A stretch of 64,000 nt of DNA from an uncultured Acidobacteriota bacterium (GCA_963759485.1 CAVWZE010000002.1:1498618-1562617); one strand, 5' to 3'; positions 1-9,968 are shown, numbered from the stretch's first letter. Made by a program: numbers and translations. Notes: a model not told the origin generated them from the sequence alone.

Positions 1-383
1 AGAGTTTTGATGACGCCCCCGACGTTAACTCCGCGAATTTCGTTGATCTCGGGTACGGTGACCGGCTGCTTGTAGGCGATCACGGCGAGCGTTTCGAGAG
101 CGGGCATCGTCAAGCGCAACGGCGGCTGGAGGCTCTTGATGAATTTGCGCACCACGTCGTGATGTTGCGGCTTGGTGTAAAACTTCCAGCCGCCGGCAAC
201 CTTGCGGACTTCGATGCCGCGCTGATCGATTTGATAGGACGCGACAAGAAGATCTAGCCCTGCGCGCGCGACGGTTTTCTCGACGCCGAGAGCGCTGGCG
301 ATCTGGTCTAGCGTAGCGGGCTCGTCCGCTGCGTAGACGATGGCTTCGAGCGCGGCTTGAATTTCTTCTGGCGTTGTGGTCAC
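1..383 (-). CDS. scpB: Segregation and condensation protein B (partial, 3' end outside window)
   Basis: Manual minus-strand translation from GTG at 383: VTTTPEEIQAALEAIVYAADEPATLDQIA...VAGGWKFYTKP...ALETLAVIAYKQPVTVPEINEIRGV. The GTG start overlaps the scpA stop (GTGA). Confidence 0.8.
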   Translation of the reverse strand, partial: MTTTPEEIQAALEAIVYAADEPATLDQIASALGVEKTVARAGLDLLVASYQIDQRGIEVRKVAGGWKFYTKPQHHDVVRKFIKSLQPPLRLTMPALETLAVIAYKQPVTVPEINEIRGVNVGGVIKT

Positions 384-1156
384 AAGTACTGCTCCTCGAT
401 TTTCGACATGGCGTCGGGGCCGGCGAAGACGGCGTCGAACATTTTGTGTTTTCGCAAGGCGATATCCGCAAACAACTCCGACTGAACCAGGATTACGGCC
501 TGCATGCGCACCATTTCGAGCACGGCCAGCAGAGCGACGATCATGGCATTGCGCGTCTCGCAGTTTTCGAAAAAGCCGATGAGCGAAACGGGCTCGTCCG
601 TGACCATCAACCGCTGGCGGAGACGGTCCATCATCTGCGCGATGGTTACGGATTCGTGGCGAAGTTCAAACTTGGTGACTTCCTTGCGGCGTTCGAGCAT
701 CTGCTGAAAAGTCTTGATCAGATCGACGAGCGAGACGACGAGTTCGCCTTCAACCGCGTCGCCCGTGTATAGCGCGCGGTCCGGACGCGACCATACGTGC
801 GCTTCGATTTGCTGTTTTTGATAGAGAAGCTGCGCCGCATTCTTGAACTTTTCGTGCTCCAGCAAGCGATGAACCAGTTCGTCGCGCGGGTCTTCCGGCG
901 CGTTGGGATCGGCGAGCGGATCGGCCGGGAGCAGCATCTTCGATTTAATGTGAATCAGTGTGGCCGCCATGTAAATAAAATCGGCGGAGACGTCGATATC
1001 GAGCTTTTCGAGCTGGTGTAAGTAATCTAAATACTGCTCGGTGACCTTGGCGATGGGAATATTGTGGATATCCATCTCCTGCTTCCGAATTAAATCCAGC
1101 AGAAGATCGAGCGGGCCTTCGTAGCTCGGCAGATTGATCCGATAGGGTGTCGCCAT
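380..1156 (-). CDS. scpA: Segregation and condensation protein A
   Basis: ORF 380..1306. Likely start is the internal ATG at 1156 (MATPYRINLPSYEGPLDLLLDLIRKQEMDIHNIPIAKVTEQYL), a typical ScpA N-terminus. Lies directly upstream of scpB. Confidence 0.85.
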   Translation of the reverse strand: MATPYRINLPSYEGPLDLLLDLIRKQEMDIHNIPIAKVTEQYLDYLHQLEKLDIDVSADFIYMAATLIHIKSKMLLPADPLADPNAPEDPRDELVHRLLEHEKFKNAAQLLYQKQQIEAHVWSRPDRALYTGDAVEGELVVSLVDLIKTFQQMLERRKEVTKFELRHESVTIAQMMDRLRQRLMVTDEPVSLIGFFENCETRNAMIVALLAVLEMVRMQAVILVQSELFADIALRKHKMFDAVFAGPDAMSKIEEQYL

Positions 1157-1163
1157 ATTCAAC

Positions 1164-1932
1164 CTATGCTTGCTTCCACGCGGCAATTCGCAGCCGACGG
1201 TAATCCAGTTCCCAATTTCCATTCCTAAACAGTTCCGGACGAGCCTGCCTTTCGATTTCGCGCAGGAAATCCTTCTGGCGCTCGGCCGGAAAGCGATCCA
1301 AAGCAAATTTCAAGAACATGCGTATCCAAGTCTCCAGGCCTTTCTCGCCATCTTCCAGGCGCGTGGGCCGATCGAAGAGCTTTGCCTCGCGAACTTCGAG
1401 CCCTTCCTTTTCCAAGAGCGTTGCGTACTCCGCCACGCTTGGGTAATACCAAATGTTGTCTGCGAGCCCGCCGTGAATCCCGAATTTAACGTATGCCCTA
1501 TTGATCGCGTCGAGCAGGCGGCTGACATTTCCCTTGCCGCCAAATTCTGCAACGAAGCGTCCTCCGGGCACGAGGGCTGTGGCCACGCCGCGGACCACCA
1601 ATTCCGGTTCGACGATCCAATGCAGCACGGCGTTGGAGAAAACGGCGTCGAATTGCCGCTCGAAATGCATGTGGCGCGCGTCGGCGACTTCAAAGTGCAG
1701 ATCGCGGAACTGTGCGCGCGCTTCGGAAATCATCTCAGGGGACTGGTCGATGCCGATCACGTCTGCGCCCGTTGCTGCGATTTCGGCGGTCAGGCGTCCC
1801 GTGCCGCACCCAAGATCCAGAATGCGCTCGCCGGTCTTGCGGAGATAGAAGCTCGACGACGCCCTTCGCTCTTTCCCACACGAAGGCGTGCTTATCGTCA
1901 TAAAGCTTCGCGTCCCAGGTGATGGCTGTCAT
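1164..1932 (-). pseudogene. Class I SAM-dependent methyltransferase (Tam-like), apparent frameshift near 1855
   Basis: ORF 1164..1901 carries ILDLGCGTGRLT and the rest of the fold. The natural N-terminus MTAITWDAKLYDDKHAFVWERAKGVVELL is in another frame (ORF 1735..1947, ATG at 1932). Confidence 0.75.
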
Positions 1933-1953
1933 TTCTCTTTGCCGCACCTCATG

Positions 1954-3172
1954 CTACTTGAATATTGCGGCGCGGACGCGCTTCATTGTGCGTCGCGCAG
2001 CGGCATGCGCCTTTTTGTCGCCCGCACCGAGAATATCCCAAACTTGCTGCGGATTGGCCTCGAATTCCTTGCGCCGTGCTTGAATCGGCTCAATCCATTT
2101 GACCAGATTATCCGCCATGGCCGCTTTGCATTCGATGCAGCCGATGCCGGCGGTGCGGCAACCGTGGTCCGACCAGGCGATCGTCTCGGGCGGCGAAAAT
2201 AATTTGTGCCATGCGAAAACGGGGCAAACTTCGGGGCGGCCAGGATCGGTCCGGCGCTGGCGCTGCGGGTCCGTGATCATGTTGCGGACTTTTGTGCGAA
2301 TCTCGTCGGGCGGATCGGAGAGCCAGATCGCGTTGCCGTAGCTTTTCGCCATGCGGCGGCCGTCGGTTCCGGGCAATCGCGGCGTTTGCAGTGAGCAAAT
2401 GCCTCAGGCTCGCGCAAAATCCGCGATCGCAGGAATCTTCGTATGCTTCTTGCGCGCCGAGCTGTTCAAGAAAGTTTTCGATGCCGATTCGTCGCAGCGC
2501 CGTTTTTCGGATAACCGAACGAACTACGCCCGACCTCCTCTTCTGAGGGCCGTCCCAATTTGCAGAAGTCCCGAGCTGCCCTGTAAGAGAAGTCTGGTTC
2601 GCAGCGCCCGCTCGAATCTTGGCAGCAGCCGAACAGGACTCTTTGATCTCAACCGCAAATGTGGCGTTGAACCGGCGCACAATCTCGCGCGTCAGCTCCA
2701 CGTGCGGCACCTGATCCTCGCCTACCGGAACAAAATCGGCGTCGTAGATGACGATGTCCGCCGCTTGCAGCAGCGGATAGCCGAGAAAGCCGTAGGTGCC
2801 CAGGTCGCGGTCCTTCAGATTCTCGATCTGCTCTTTGTAGGTGGGCACGCGCTCGAGCCACGAGAGCGGCGTGATCATTGAAAGCAGCACATACAACTCG
2901 GCATGCTCCAGTATGCTCGACTGGACAAACAATGTTGATTTGCCGGGATCGAGCCCGACCGAAAGCCAATCCATCGCCACTTGCAGCGTGTTTTCGGAGA
3001 TGGAAGAAGTGTCCTCGTAATGCGTGGTCAGCGCGTGCCAATCGGCGACGAAAAAGAAGCATTCATATTCTTCCTGGAGCTTGAGCCAATTCTGGAGGGC
3101 GCCGAAATAATGGCCGAGATGCAGACGGCCGGTTGGCCTCATACCGCTTAGAACTCGTTTGCGCTTCGCCAC
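1954..3172 (-). pseudogene. trpS: Tryptophan--tRNA ligase, split by at least 2 apparent frameshifts (about 2380-2450, possibly more in the insertion region)
   Basis: N-terminal part in ORF 2108..3172 (RPTGRLHLGHYFGAL...VPVGEDQVPHVELTREIVRRFN). C-terminal part in ORF 1954..2376 (PGTDGRRMAKSYGNAIWLSDPPDEIRTKV). ILREPEA is readable in the third frame between them. Confidence 0.85.
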
Positions 3173-3253
3173 TCTGTGGGAAAACCTCAGCTAGGAGATT
3201 GAAATGTGAAAAGGAAATGCTCCACGCGATGCTAGCACAGAAGGCCACAGTTC

Positions 3254-3281
3254 AGAGTTGAGAGTTGAGAGTTGAGAGTTG
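3254..3281. repeat. Perfect tandem heptanucleotide repeat (AGAGTTG)x4
   Basis: Read directly from the sequence. Intergenic, between the trpS start and the LytTR regulator stop. Confidence 0.9.
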
Positions 3282-3298
3282 AGGGCAAAGGCGAAGCG

Positions 3299-4084
3299 CT
3301 AGAGCTTCAGCAGTTCGCGCAGGCGCTTGGTTTGGTTGCGCGAGACGGGAATTTCGCTGGCGCGCTTGTCGTTCATCTTTAGCATGAAACTCGACTTGAA
3401 CCACGGCATCACTTCCTTGATGTGGTTGATATTCACCAGATAGGAGCGGTGCGGCCGCCAGAACACACCGGGATCCAGGGCCTCCATCAAATCTTCCACC
3501 GTGCGGTAGTTCGAGACGCCCTCGGCGTCGCGCGAAAATATGGTGATTTCGCCATCCTGAATCGAGGCGTAGATCATTTCGTCCGCATCAATCAAAATCA
3601 TGCGCGATTGCGACTTCACCAAAAGCTTCACGGGGGCCAAGCGGCTGCAGCTTGGGCATGCCCTTGCCTAGCTGTCCGACGAGCGCCTCGAGGCGATCGA
3701 CGGCGATGCGTGCGCGTCCACCATTTTCTTCGCACGCTGTAGGGCCCGTGCGATGCGAGCTTTGTCGAACGGCTTCAGGACGTAGTCCACGGCATTCACT
3801 TCGAAACGCCTGAACGGCGTAATGATCGTAGGCGGTGGCGAAGACGATTTGAGGCATCGGCAGCTTGCGTTCCATCAGTTTTTTGATCACCGCGAAGCCG
3901 TCGAGGCCCGGCATATGCACATCGAGGAACACCAAATCAGGCTCGTGCTCCTTGATCAGCGCGACTGCCTCCAGCCCGTTTTTGCCCTGCGCGACGACAT
4001 TGACCTCGGAAAAACCCTTCAGCAAGAAGCCAGCTCGTCGCGCGCGGGACGTTCGTCGTCCACAATGACGGTGTTGATCTGCAT
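3299..4084 (-). pseudogene. LytR/AlgR-family response regulator (receiver + LytTR DNA-binding domain), about 4 apparent frameshifts
   Basis: MQINTVIVDDERPARDELA (end of ORF 4019..4432), then the receiver core in ORF 3588..4025 (LDVHMPGLDGF...IVFATAYDHYAVQAF). EVNAVDYVLKPFDKARIARALQRAKKM is in another frame. The LytTR domain is in ORF 3299..3640 (HRSYLVNINHIKEV). Confidence 0.8.
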
Positions 4085-4144
4085 GGATGCGCCTGCGAGA
4101 AGTATATAGGAAATCGAGGGCGCGGGACCGAGGCTAGGGTAGAA

Positions 4145-4742
4145 TTGCTGCGCGGTTGCGGCCCAAGGAGCGGGCGTGAAATCGAGGAAGAGCAACGAAA
4201 GCAGCGAAAGGCAAAAATTCTGAGTAGCAAGACTCTGTTTCGCGGGCGCGTATTCGCGCTGAAACGCGATCGAGTGCTCGAGCCCAGCGGCGTGACGGTC
4301 ATTCGGGAATTTGTGCGAGCATCCCGGGTCGGTCGTGGTGTTGCCGGTGTTGCCAGACGGGCGCATCGTGCTGATTCGCCAGTACCGGCATGCCGCCGGA
4401 CAATATTTGTGGGAGCTGGTCGCCGGCCACAAGGAGCCGCACGAGGACTTTCTTCCCGGCGCGCACCGCGAATTGCAGGAAGAAACCGGCTACACCGCGC
4501 GCAAAATCCGCAAGCTGCTTGAAGTGTTCCCTTCCCCAGGTTTGCTCGGCGAGAAAATGGTGATATTTCTGGCGGAGGGTCTCACGAAGGGCAAAGCGCG
4601 TCCGGAAGACGATGAGAAAATCACGCAGCGCATTTTGACGTTGACCGAAGCTCGGAAATGGATTCGCAGCGGCAGAATTCGAGACTCAAAGACCGTGGCG
4701 GGCATTCTCTACTACTCTACGTTTCTTGCGCGGGGAAAATAG
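4145..4742 (+). pseudogene. NUDIX hydrolase (ADP-ribose pyrophosphatase-like), apparent frameshift near 4315
   Basis: KILSSKTLFRGRVFALKRDRVLEPSGVTVIREFV in ORF 4145..4522 continues as HPGSVVVLPVL...GHKEPHEDFLPGAHRELQEETGY (Nudix box) in ORF 4311..4742. Start codon uncertain. Confidence 0.7.
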
Positions 4743-4769
4743 TTAGGCTCGCAAATCGGAGAAGCAGCA

Positions 4770-6563
4770 GTGGAAAACAAAGAAGTCGCGAAAATATTGC
4801 GCGAGACGGCGCAACTACTTGAAATCGATGGCGCTATTATCGGTCGATATCGCAGCTATGAAAAAGTGGCCGAACTGCTTTACAGCATTCACGAGCGCGT
4901 CGAGGACTTGGCCAAAGACCCCAAGAAGCTGAAAGAGCTTCCCGGCGTGGGCGACAGCATGGCCGAGCACATCCGCGAAATCCTTGCCACCGGCGATTAC
5001 GCGCTGCGCCAAAAGCTTCTGAAGAAATATCCGCCCACGCTGCTGGACTTGCTCCATTTGCAATCGCTTGGCCCAAAAAAGGTGGCGTTTCTCTGGAGCA
5101 ATTTCAAAGTGGCTACCGTTGATGGAATCGCAGCACTTGCGCGTGAAGGCAAACTGCGCGACCTTCCGGGCTTTGGCGAAAAGAGCGAACAGAACATTCT
5201 GAAGGCGGCCGAACAGCACAAGAACCTTTCGGGATCGGGGCGCGTACGCCTGAATGTTGCCGACGATGAGGCGCAAAAACTGAGCGCCTACATCACGAAA
5301 GCAGGCGATGTCGTCGAGTCGGTGACGCCGGCGGGATCGTTGCGCCGGGGCCGCGAAACCGTTGGCGATCTCGATCTTCTCGTCACTATGCGTCCCGGAA
5401 AAGACAGGCAGAAAGACATCGATGCGGTGGCCGAGCATATCCTGAAATATCCAGGCATCGATCAAACGCTCGCGCACGGCGAAAACAAAGTCAGCTTTCT
5501 GCTGGGCAACGGCTTGCAAGTGGATGTGCGGCTGCTCGAAAAGAAGTCCTTCGGCGCGGCGCTGCTTTACTTCACGGGATCGAAGGCGCACAACGTCGCG
5601 CTTCGCGGCCGCGCGCTGGATATGGGCTGGACGCTCAATGAATATGCCCTCACCACTTTGAAAGGCGGAAGAGCGGTGGCGGGCAAGACCGAAGAGGAGG
5701 TGTACGCGAAGCTCAAACTCGCCTATATAGAGCCGGAATTACGCGAGATGACGGGCGAGATCGAAGCGGCGGAACAGGGCACGCTGCCGCACCTTGTCAC
5801 GTTGAAGGATATTCGCGGCGACTTGCAGATGCACACCACCGCCTCCGACGGCCGCAACTCAATCGAAGAAATGGGCGAAGCGGCGCACTCGCTCGGCTAT
5901 GAATACATCGCGCTGACCGATCATTCACAGGCGGTGACCGTCGCGAACGGCATGGATGAAGCGCGGACGCTGGCGCAAATCAAGAAAATCCGCGCCGCGC
6001 AGGAGCGCGTTCCCGGCATTCGCCTGCTTGCGGGCATCGAAGTGGACATCAAGAAAAATGGCGCGCTCGATCTCGATAATGAGGTCCTCGCGCAGCTCGA
6101 CGTAGTCGTCGCGTCCGTTCACTCCTACATGAATATGGAGCGCGCCGAGATGACGGACAGGATTTTGGCGGCGATGGAGAATCCCTATACCCAGATCATC
6201 GCGCATCCCACAGGCCGGCTTCTGTTGCGTCGCGAGCCGTTTGACTACGACATGGAGAAGATTCTCGACACGGCCGCCGCCCGCGGCATCGCGATGGAAT
6301 GCAACGCCTATCCCGACCGCCTCGATCTGCGCGACGTTCATCTGCGCATGGCCAAGCACCGCGGCGTGAAGGTCGTCATCTCTACGGACTCGCACGCCAC
6401 GCTTCACTTGCAAATGATGAAATACGGAGTAATCACAGCCCGACGCGGCTGGCTGGAGAAAAAAGATGTGATCAATACCTTGCCGCTCGAGCAATTCCTC
6501 GCCGCCCTTAGGCTCAAGCCCGACGCGGCGAATGCGAAATCGGCCAAGAGGAAATCGGCTTAG
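4770..6563 (+). CDS. polX: DNA polymerase/3'-5' exonuclease PolX (Pol beta-like domain + PHP domain)
   Basis: Intact 597-aa ORF. HhH motifs (LPGVGDSMAEHI, LPGFGEKSEQNI), nucleotidyltransferase GDLDLLV, C-terminal PHP (GDLQMHTTASDG...ALTDHS...STDSH). Confidence 0.9.
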   Translation: MENKEVAKILRETAQLLEIDGAIIGRYRSYEKVAELLYSIHERVEDLAKDPKKLKELPGVGDSMAEHIREILATGDYALRQKLLKKYPPTLLDLLHLQSLGPKKVAFLWSNFKVATVDGIAALAREGKLRDLPGFGEKSEQNILKAAEQHKNLSGSGRVRLNVADDEAQKLSAYITKAGDVVESVTPAGSLRRGRETVGDLDLLVTMRPGKDRQKDIDAVAEHILKYPGIDQTLAHGENKVSFLLGNGLQVDVRLLEKKSFGAALLYFTGSKAHNVALRGRALDMGWTLNEYALTTLKGGRAVAGKTEEEVYAKLKLAYIEPELREMTGEIEAAEQGTLPHLVTLKDIRGDLQMHTTASDGRNSIEEMGEAAHSLGYEYIALTDHSQAVTVANGMDEARTLAQIKKIRAAQERVPGIRLLAGIEVDIKKNGALDLDNEVLAQLDVVVASVHSYMNMERAEMTDRILAAMENPYTQIIAHPTGRLLLRREPFDYDMEKILDTAAARGIAMECNAYPDRLDLRDVHLRMAKHRGVKVVISTDSHATLHLQMMKYGVITARRGWLEKKDVINTLPLEQFLAALRLKPDAANAKSAKRKSA

Positions 6564-6751
6564 GACCCCATTGTTCGTCTATGGCGGAGCCGACATGGCT
6601 GGATACTCAAACTGCCCGGCTCGGCATCCACATCTGCAATCATGTCCTTCGTGGTAGGCGTAGACCGAAACGAAGTATAACGGCGCCGGCGACTCCGAAC
6701 TGCAGGGGCAATACACTTCCAAACCAACTTTCAAAAGACATACCTAATCAG

Positions 6752-7300
6752 CTAAACCGAATAAGACACCGTGTCGTCGTCCGTCGCGCCCACGCGAGCC
6801 GCTTTCGATGTCACGGTCGGCGATTTCGCACCGCGCCGCATGGCTACAAGTCCTGTGCGCACCATTTCGAGCAACCCGTAGGGCGCAAGAAGTTCGAGGA
6901 AGCGGTCTACTTTTTCCTCGCCGCCGGTCATCTCCAGCGTGATCGACTCAGCGGCAATATCCAGCACCCGCGCTTTGAACACCTCAGCCAGCTGCAACAC
7001 TTGCCCGCGATTCTCCTGGGTCGCGCCGACCTTGACGAGCGATAGATCGCGCAGCAGCGCGCCCTGTCCGGTCACATCGTCCACCAGCAGTACATTTACG
7101 AGCTTGTAGATGTTGGCGACGATCCGCCGGGCCTGATCCTCATCCGCGTCCGACACTATGGTCATCCGCGAGACGTCAGGATTCTCCGTGCGGCCGACGG
7201 TGAGTGAGTCAATATTGAAGGCGCGGCGCCGAAACAGGGACACCACGCGCGAGAGAACACCCGGTTTATTTTCAACGTAGACCACGAATGTGTGGAGCAT
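6752..7300 (-). CDS. ilvN: Acetolactate synthase small (regulatory) subunit
   Basis: HTFVVYVENKPGVLSRVVSLFRRRAFNIDSLTVGRTE (ACT domain), directly downstream of ilvB. Confidence 0.9.
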   Translation of the reverse strand: MLHTFVVYVENKPGVLSRVVSLFRRRAFNIDSLTVGRTENPDVSRMTIVSDADEDQARRIVANIYKLVNVLLVDDVTGQGALLRDLSLVKVGATQENRGQVLQLAEVFKARVLDIAAESITLEMTGGEEKVDRFLELLAPYGLLEMVRTGLVAMRRGAKSPTVTSKAARVGATDDDTVSYSV

Positions 7301-7303
7301 GGG

Positions 7304-9031
7304 CTATTCGTCCTCTGCCGTTTCAACCAATGGATTCGGCCTTCGAATCATGTCGTGGAGCGCCGCGCCTGCCGCCACCATCGGATACACGGTGTCTTCC
7401 TGCTCGACTTTGAAATCGATGAGGACCGGGCCTTCGTGCGCGTGCGCCGCCCGGACTGCGGGAATCACGTCGGCCCGCTTTTCCACCACGAAACTTTTGA
7501 TGCCGTAGGCTTGCGCCAGCATCGCGAAATTGGGATTCAGCAGCGGCGTGGCTGCATAGTTGCGATCGTAGAAAAATTCCTGCCACTGCCGGACCATTCC
7601 CAGATAGCCGTTGTTGATGATGGCGATATTCACCTTCAGATTTTCCTGCACGATGGTGGCGAGCTCGGCCATGGTCATCTGGAAGCCACCGTCGCCAACG
7701 ATCGCCCAAACATCGGCATCGGGACGTGCGACTTTTGCGCCAATGGAGGCTGGAAGCGCGAACCCCATCGTTCCCAGACCGCCTGAGGTGATGAGCGAGC
7801 GCGGCTTCTCGTGCTTGTAGTATTGGGCCTCCCACATCTGATGCTGGCCAACGTCGGTGACCACAATTGCATCCGTCGTAAGTGTCTCGTGCCAGATATC
7901 GTTGATCACGTGCGCTGCGTAGAGATGGCCGTTGTCCGGAAGATTCTGAATGTCCCGGACGGCGGTATCTCCCTTGAGCCCGCGAATCTGTTCCAGCCAC
8001 TCGTTGTGGCTCAAAGGTTGGAGCCGCGGCAGCATTTCCTTCAAAATTTTGCGCAGGTCGCCCACGAGCGCGACATCCACCTTCACATTCTTGTTGATTT
8101 CGGCAGGATCGATGTCGACGTGAATCTTCTTGGCGTTCGGAGCATAGTTCTTCAAATTACCGGTCACGCGGTCGTCGAAGCGCATGCCCAGCGCGATCAG
8201 CAGATCGGCCTCCTGGATCGCCTTGTTCACCCAGGCCTCGCCGTGCATGCCCATCATTCCCATGTTCAGCACGTGAGACGCCGGCAAGTGCCCCAGCCCA
8301 AGCAGCGTCATCGCCACGGGGATGCAAGTCCGCTCCGCAAACGTTTGAACCTCGTGCTCGGCTCCCGCAATCGAAATTCCGTGGCCTGCCAGAATCACCG
8401 GCCGCTTGGCCGCGCGAATCAGTTCCAGCGCCTTTTCGTACGCCTTCTCCGCGGGAGAGTTATCGGGGCGGTAACCGCGTGTCTTCGGCGCCGCCGCTTC
8501 CCAATCGAAGTCACACGAGCCCTGTTGAGCGTCCTTGGTGATGTCAACGAGCACGGGCCCTGGGCGTCCAGATTTCGCGATATACATCGCCTCGCGAACG
8601 GCCGGAGCAATTTCGCTGGCGTGCGTCACCAAATAATTGTGCTTGGTAATCGGCAGCGTGACGCCGGTGATGTCGGTTTCCTGAAACGCATCGGAGCCGA
8701 GGAGCTTGCTGCCGACCTGGCCGGTGATGCAGACGATCGGCGAAGAGTCCATCATTGCCGTGGCGATGCCGGTGACCATGTTGGTCGCGCCAGGACCGGA
8801 GGTGGCCACAGCCACGCCGACTTCGCCGGTGGCGCGCGCATAGCCATCGGCCATATGCGTGGCGCCTTGCTCGTGGCGCACCAGAATGTGGCGAATGGAG
8901 CTGTGCCGCAGCGCATCGTAGGCCGGCAGGATGGCGCCGCCCGGATAGCCGAAGACAGTTTTCACGCCCTCGCGTTCCAGACACTCCCACAGAATTCTCG
9001 CGCCGATCATCGTTTCCTTTTTGCTTTCCAT
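7304..9031 (-). CDS. ilvB: Acetolactate synthase large subunit (biosynthetic type)
   Basis: ORF 7304..9052. ThDP-enzyme motifs (GYPGGAILP, GLGTMGFALPASIGA, GDGGFQMT). I prefer the ATG at 9031, preceded by GAGGGGA, over the GTG at 9052. Confidence 0.9.
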   Translation of the reverse strand: MESKKETMIGARILWECLEREGVKTVFGYPGGAILPAYDALRHSSIRHILVRHEQGATHMADGYARATGEVGVAVATSGPGATNMVTGIATAMMDSSPIVCITGQVGSKLLGSDAFQETDITGVTLPITKHNYLVTHASEIAPAVREAMYIAKSGRPGPVLVDITKDAQQGSCDFDWEAAAPKTRGYRPDNSPAEKAYEKALELIRAAKRPVILAGHGISIAGAEHEVQTFAERTCIPVAMTLLGLGHLPASHVLNMGMMGMHGEAWVNKAIQEADLLIALGMRFDDRVTGNLKNYAPNAKKIHVDIDPAEINKNVKVDVALVGDLRKILKEMLPRLQPLSHNEWLEQIRGLKGDTAVRDIQNLPDNGHLYAAHVINDIWHETLTTDAIVVTDVGQHQMWEAQYYKHEKPRSLITSGGLGTMGFALPASIGAKVARPDADVWAIVGDGGFQMTMAELATIVQENLKVNIAIINNGYLGMVRQWQEFFYDRNYAATPLLNPNFAMLAQAYGIKSFVVEKRADVIPAVRAAHAHEGPVLIDFKVEQEDTVYPMVAAGAALHDMIRRPNPLVETAEDE

Positions 9032-9051
9032 CGTCTTCCCCTCAATAGCCA

Positions 9052-9094
9052 CAAAAATAAAAACCCACCTTGCCAGCGTCTCTGGCAGGTGGGT
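9052..9094 (-). terminator. Intrinsic-terminator-like attenuator hairpin in the ilvBN leader
   Basis: Minus strand reads ACCCACCTGCCAG-AGAC-GCTGGCAAGGTGGGT followed by TTTTTATTTTTG, ending about 20 nt before the ilvB ATG. Confidence 0.6.
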
Positions 9095-9126
9095 CTCATG
9101 AGCCTTTTGGATTCTTACTGCTCAGC

Positions 9127-9204
9127 TCAGTGATGCCCTCCAGCCCGGAGCGCGCGTACGAGTCCTACAATTACGAGTTTTACCGAGTTTGCGTAGATTT
9201 CCAT
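9127..9204 (-). CDS. Putative ilv leader peptide (25 aa, MEIYANSVKLVIVGLVRALRAGGHH)
   Basis: Manual translation; too short for the ORF track. Seven of nine consecutive residues (VKLVIVGLV) are Val/Leu/Ile. Lies about 30 nt upstream of the attenuator hairpin. Confidence 0.45.
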   Translation of the reverse strand: MEIYANSVKLVIVGLVRALRAGGHH

Positions 9205-9537
9205 GGCGTCCGCGTCTGGAGATTCAGCAACCGCTACGTTAACCTCCGCGCCCCCGCCTGTCAAGAAGCTCTTGCTGTGGAGATTCTACTGCCTGCTCGC
9301 CAAAGGGTCGGATCGGCGTCGTTTCGCGTCAAAATCCGACCGCTAAGGCACCCTTAACGTATCGAGTTAGTCATTTCTGTGCGTCAGACTCGAACCTTCC
9401 GACGCCTCAAACTTGAAGCTTTACGTGCGCCAAAAGCCGAACTTTGGTAGGTAGCTCATGGTACCCCCGTTCTATAGGAAGGCGCACACCCGTACGTAAA
9501 ATAGGTATGCCCAGCCGTTCGACAGTGGAGGCGACAA

Positions 9538-9885
9538 ATGAGTGCAGCGCCCTGGCCCAACATGCGATCCTCAACCCGAACTTCCGAAAAGGCAGCCCGG
9601 GATGCCCGCCGCCGAAAGAGGCTGAAAGTCTCTCTGCCGCTACACATTCGGCCGTTTGACGCCCGGTTTGCGGAGATCGAAGACGTGGGCCAAGTGATTG
9701 ATTTCACGCGTGATGGCCTCTATTTCACGACGTCCATGCCCCATTATTCAATGGGGATGCGTCTGATGATTACGTTTCCCTTCGGCGACAAAGTCTCGGC
9801 TCATCGGAAGTTTCTCGGGTCGATCGTGCGCCTCGAGGACCGAGGGCCCAACCAGGTTGGCATCGCTGTCAGATTCTTATTGTAG
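9538..9885 (+). CDS. PilZ domain protein (stand-alone)
   Basis: RRRKRLKV (RxxxR) and IDFTRDGLYF (D/NxSxxG-like). GGAGG lies 6 nt upstream of the ATG. Confidence 0.7.
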   Translation: MSAAPWPNMRSSTRTSEKAARDARRRKRLKVSLPLHIRPFDARFAEIEDVGQVIDFTRDGLYFTTSMPHYSMGMRLMITFPFGDKVSAHRKFLGSIVRLEDRGPNQVGIAVRFLL

Positions 9886-9968
9886 CCGCTCTCTGGCCGT
9901 GATTGGCTTTTGGGCAAGACACCGGGGATTGCACTTGTCATTGATGGCGCACGACATTCAGAATACTT

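Noticed and set aside
25-471. 148-aa Arg/Ser-rich minus-strand ORF
   Set aside because: It is out of frame with the clearly readable scpB/scpA coding sequences covering the same DNA, and its composition is typical of an off-frame translation.
2376-2450. In-frame TGA in one trpS reading frame as possible recoding (selenocysteine or readthrough)
   Set aside because: Conserved peptide segments lie in all three frames within about 60 nt (ILREPEA, LLT, LPGTDG), which fits indels. There is no SECIS-like context, and no Cys/Sec is expected at that position of TrpRS.
3254-3281. CRISPR-like repeat
   Set aside because: The 7-bp units are directly abutting with no spacers. No CRISPR array or cas genes occur anywhere in the window.
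7811-9133. 440-aa plus-strand ORF opposite ilvB
   Set aside because: It is antisense to an intact, motif-rich acetolactate synthase gene and has Arg/His-rich composition. High-GC artefact.
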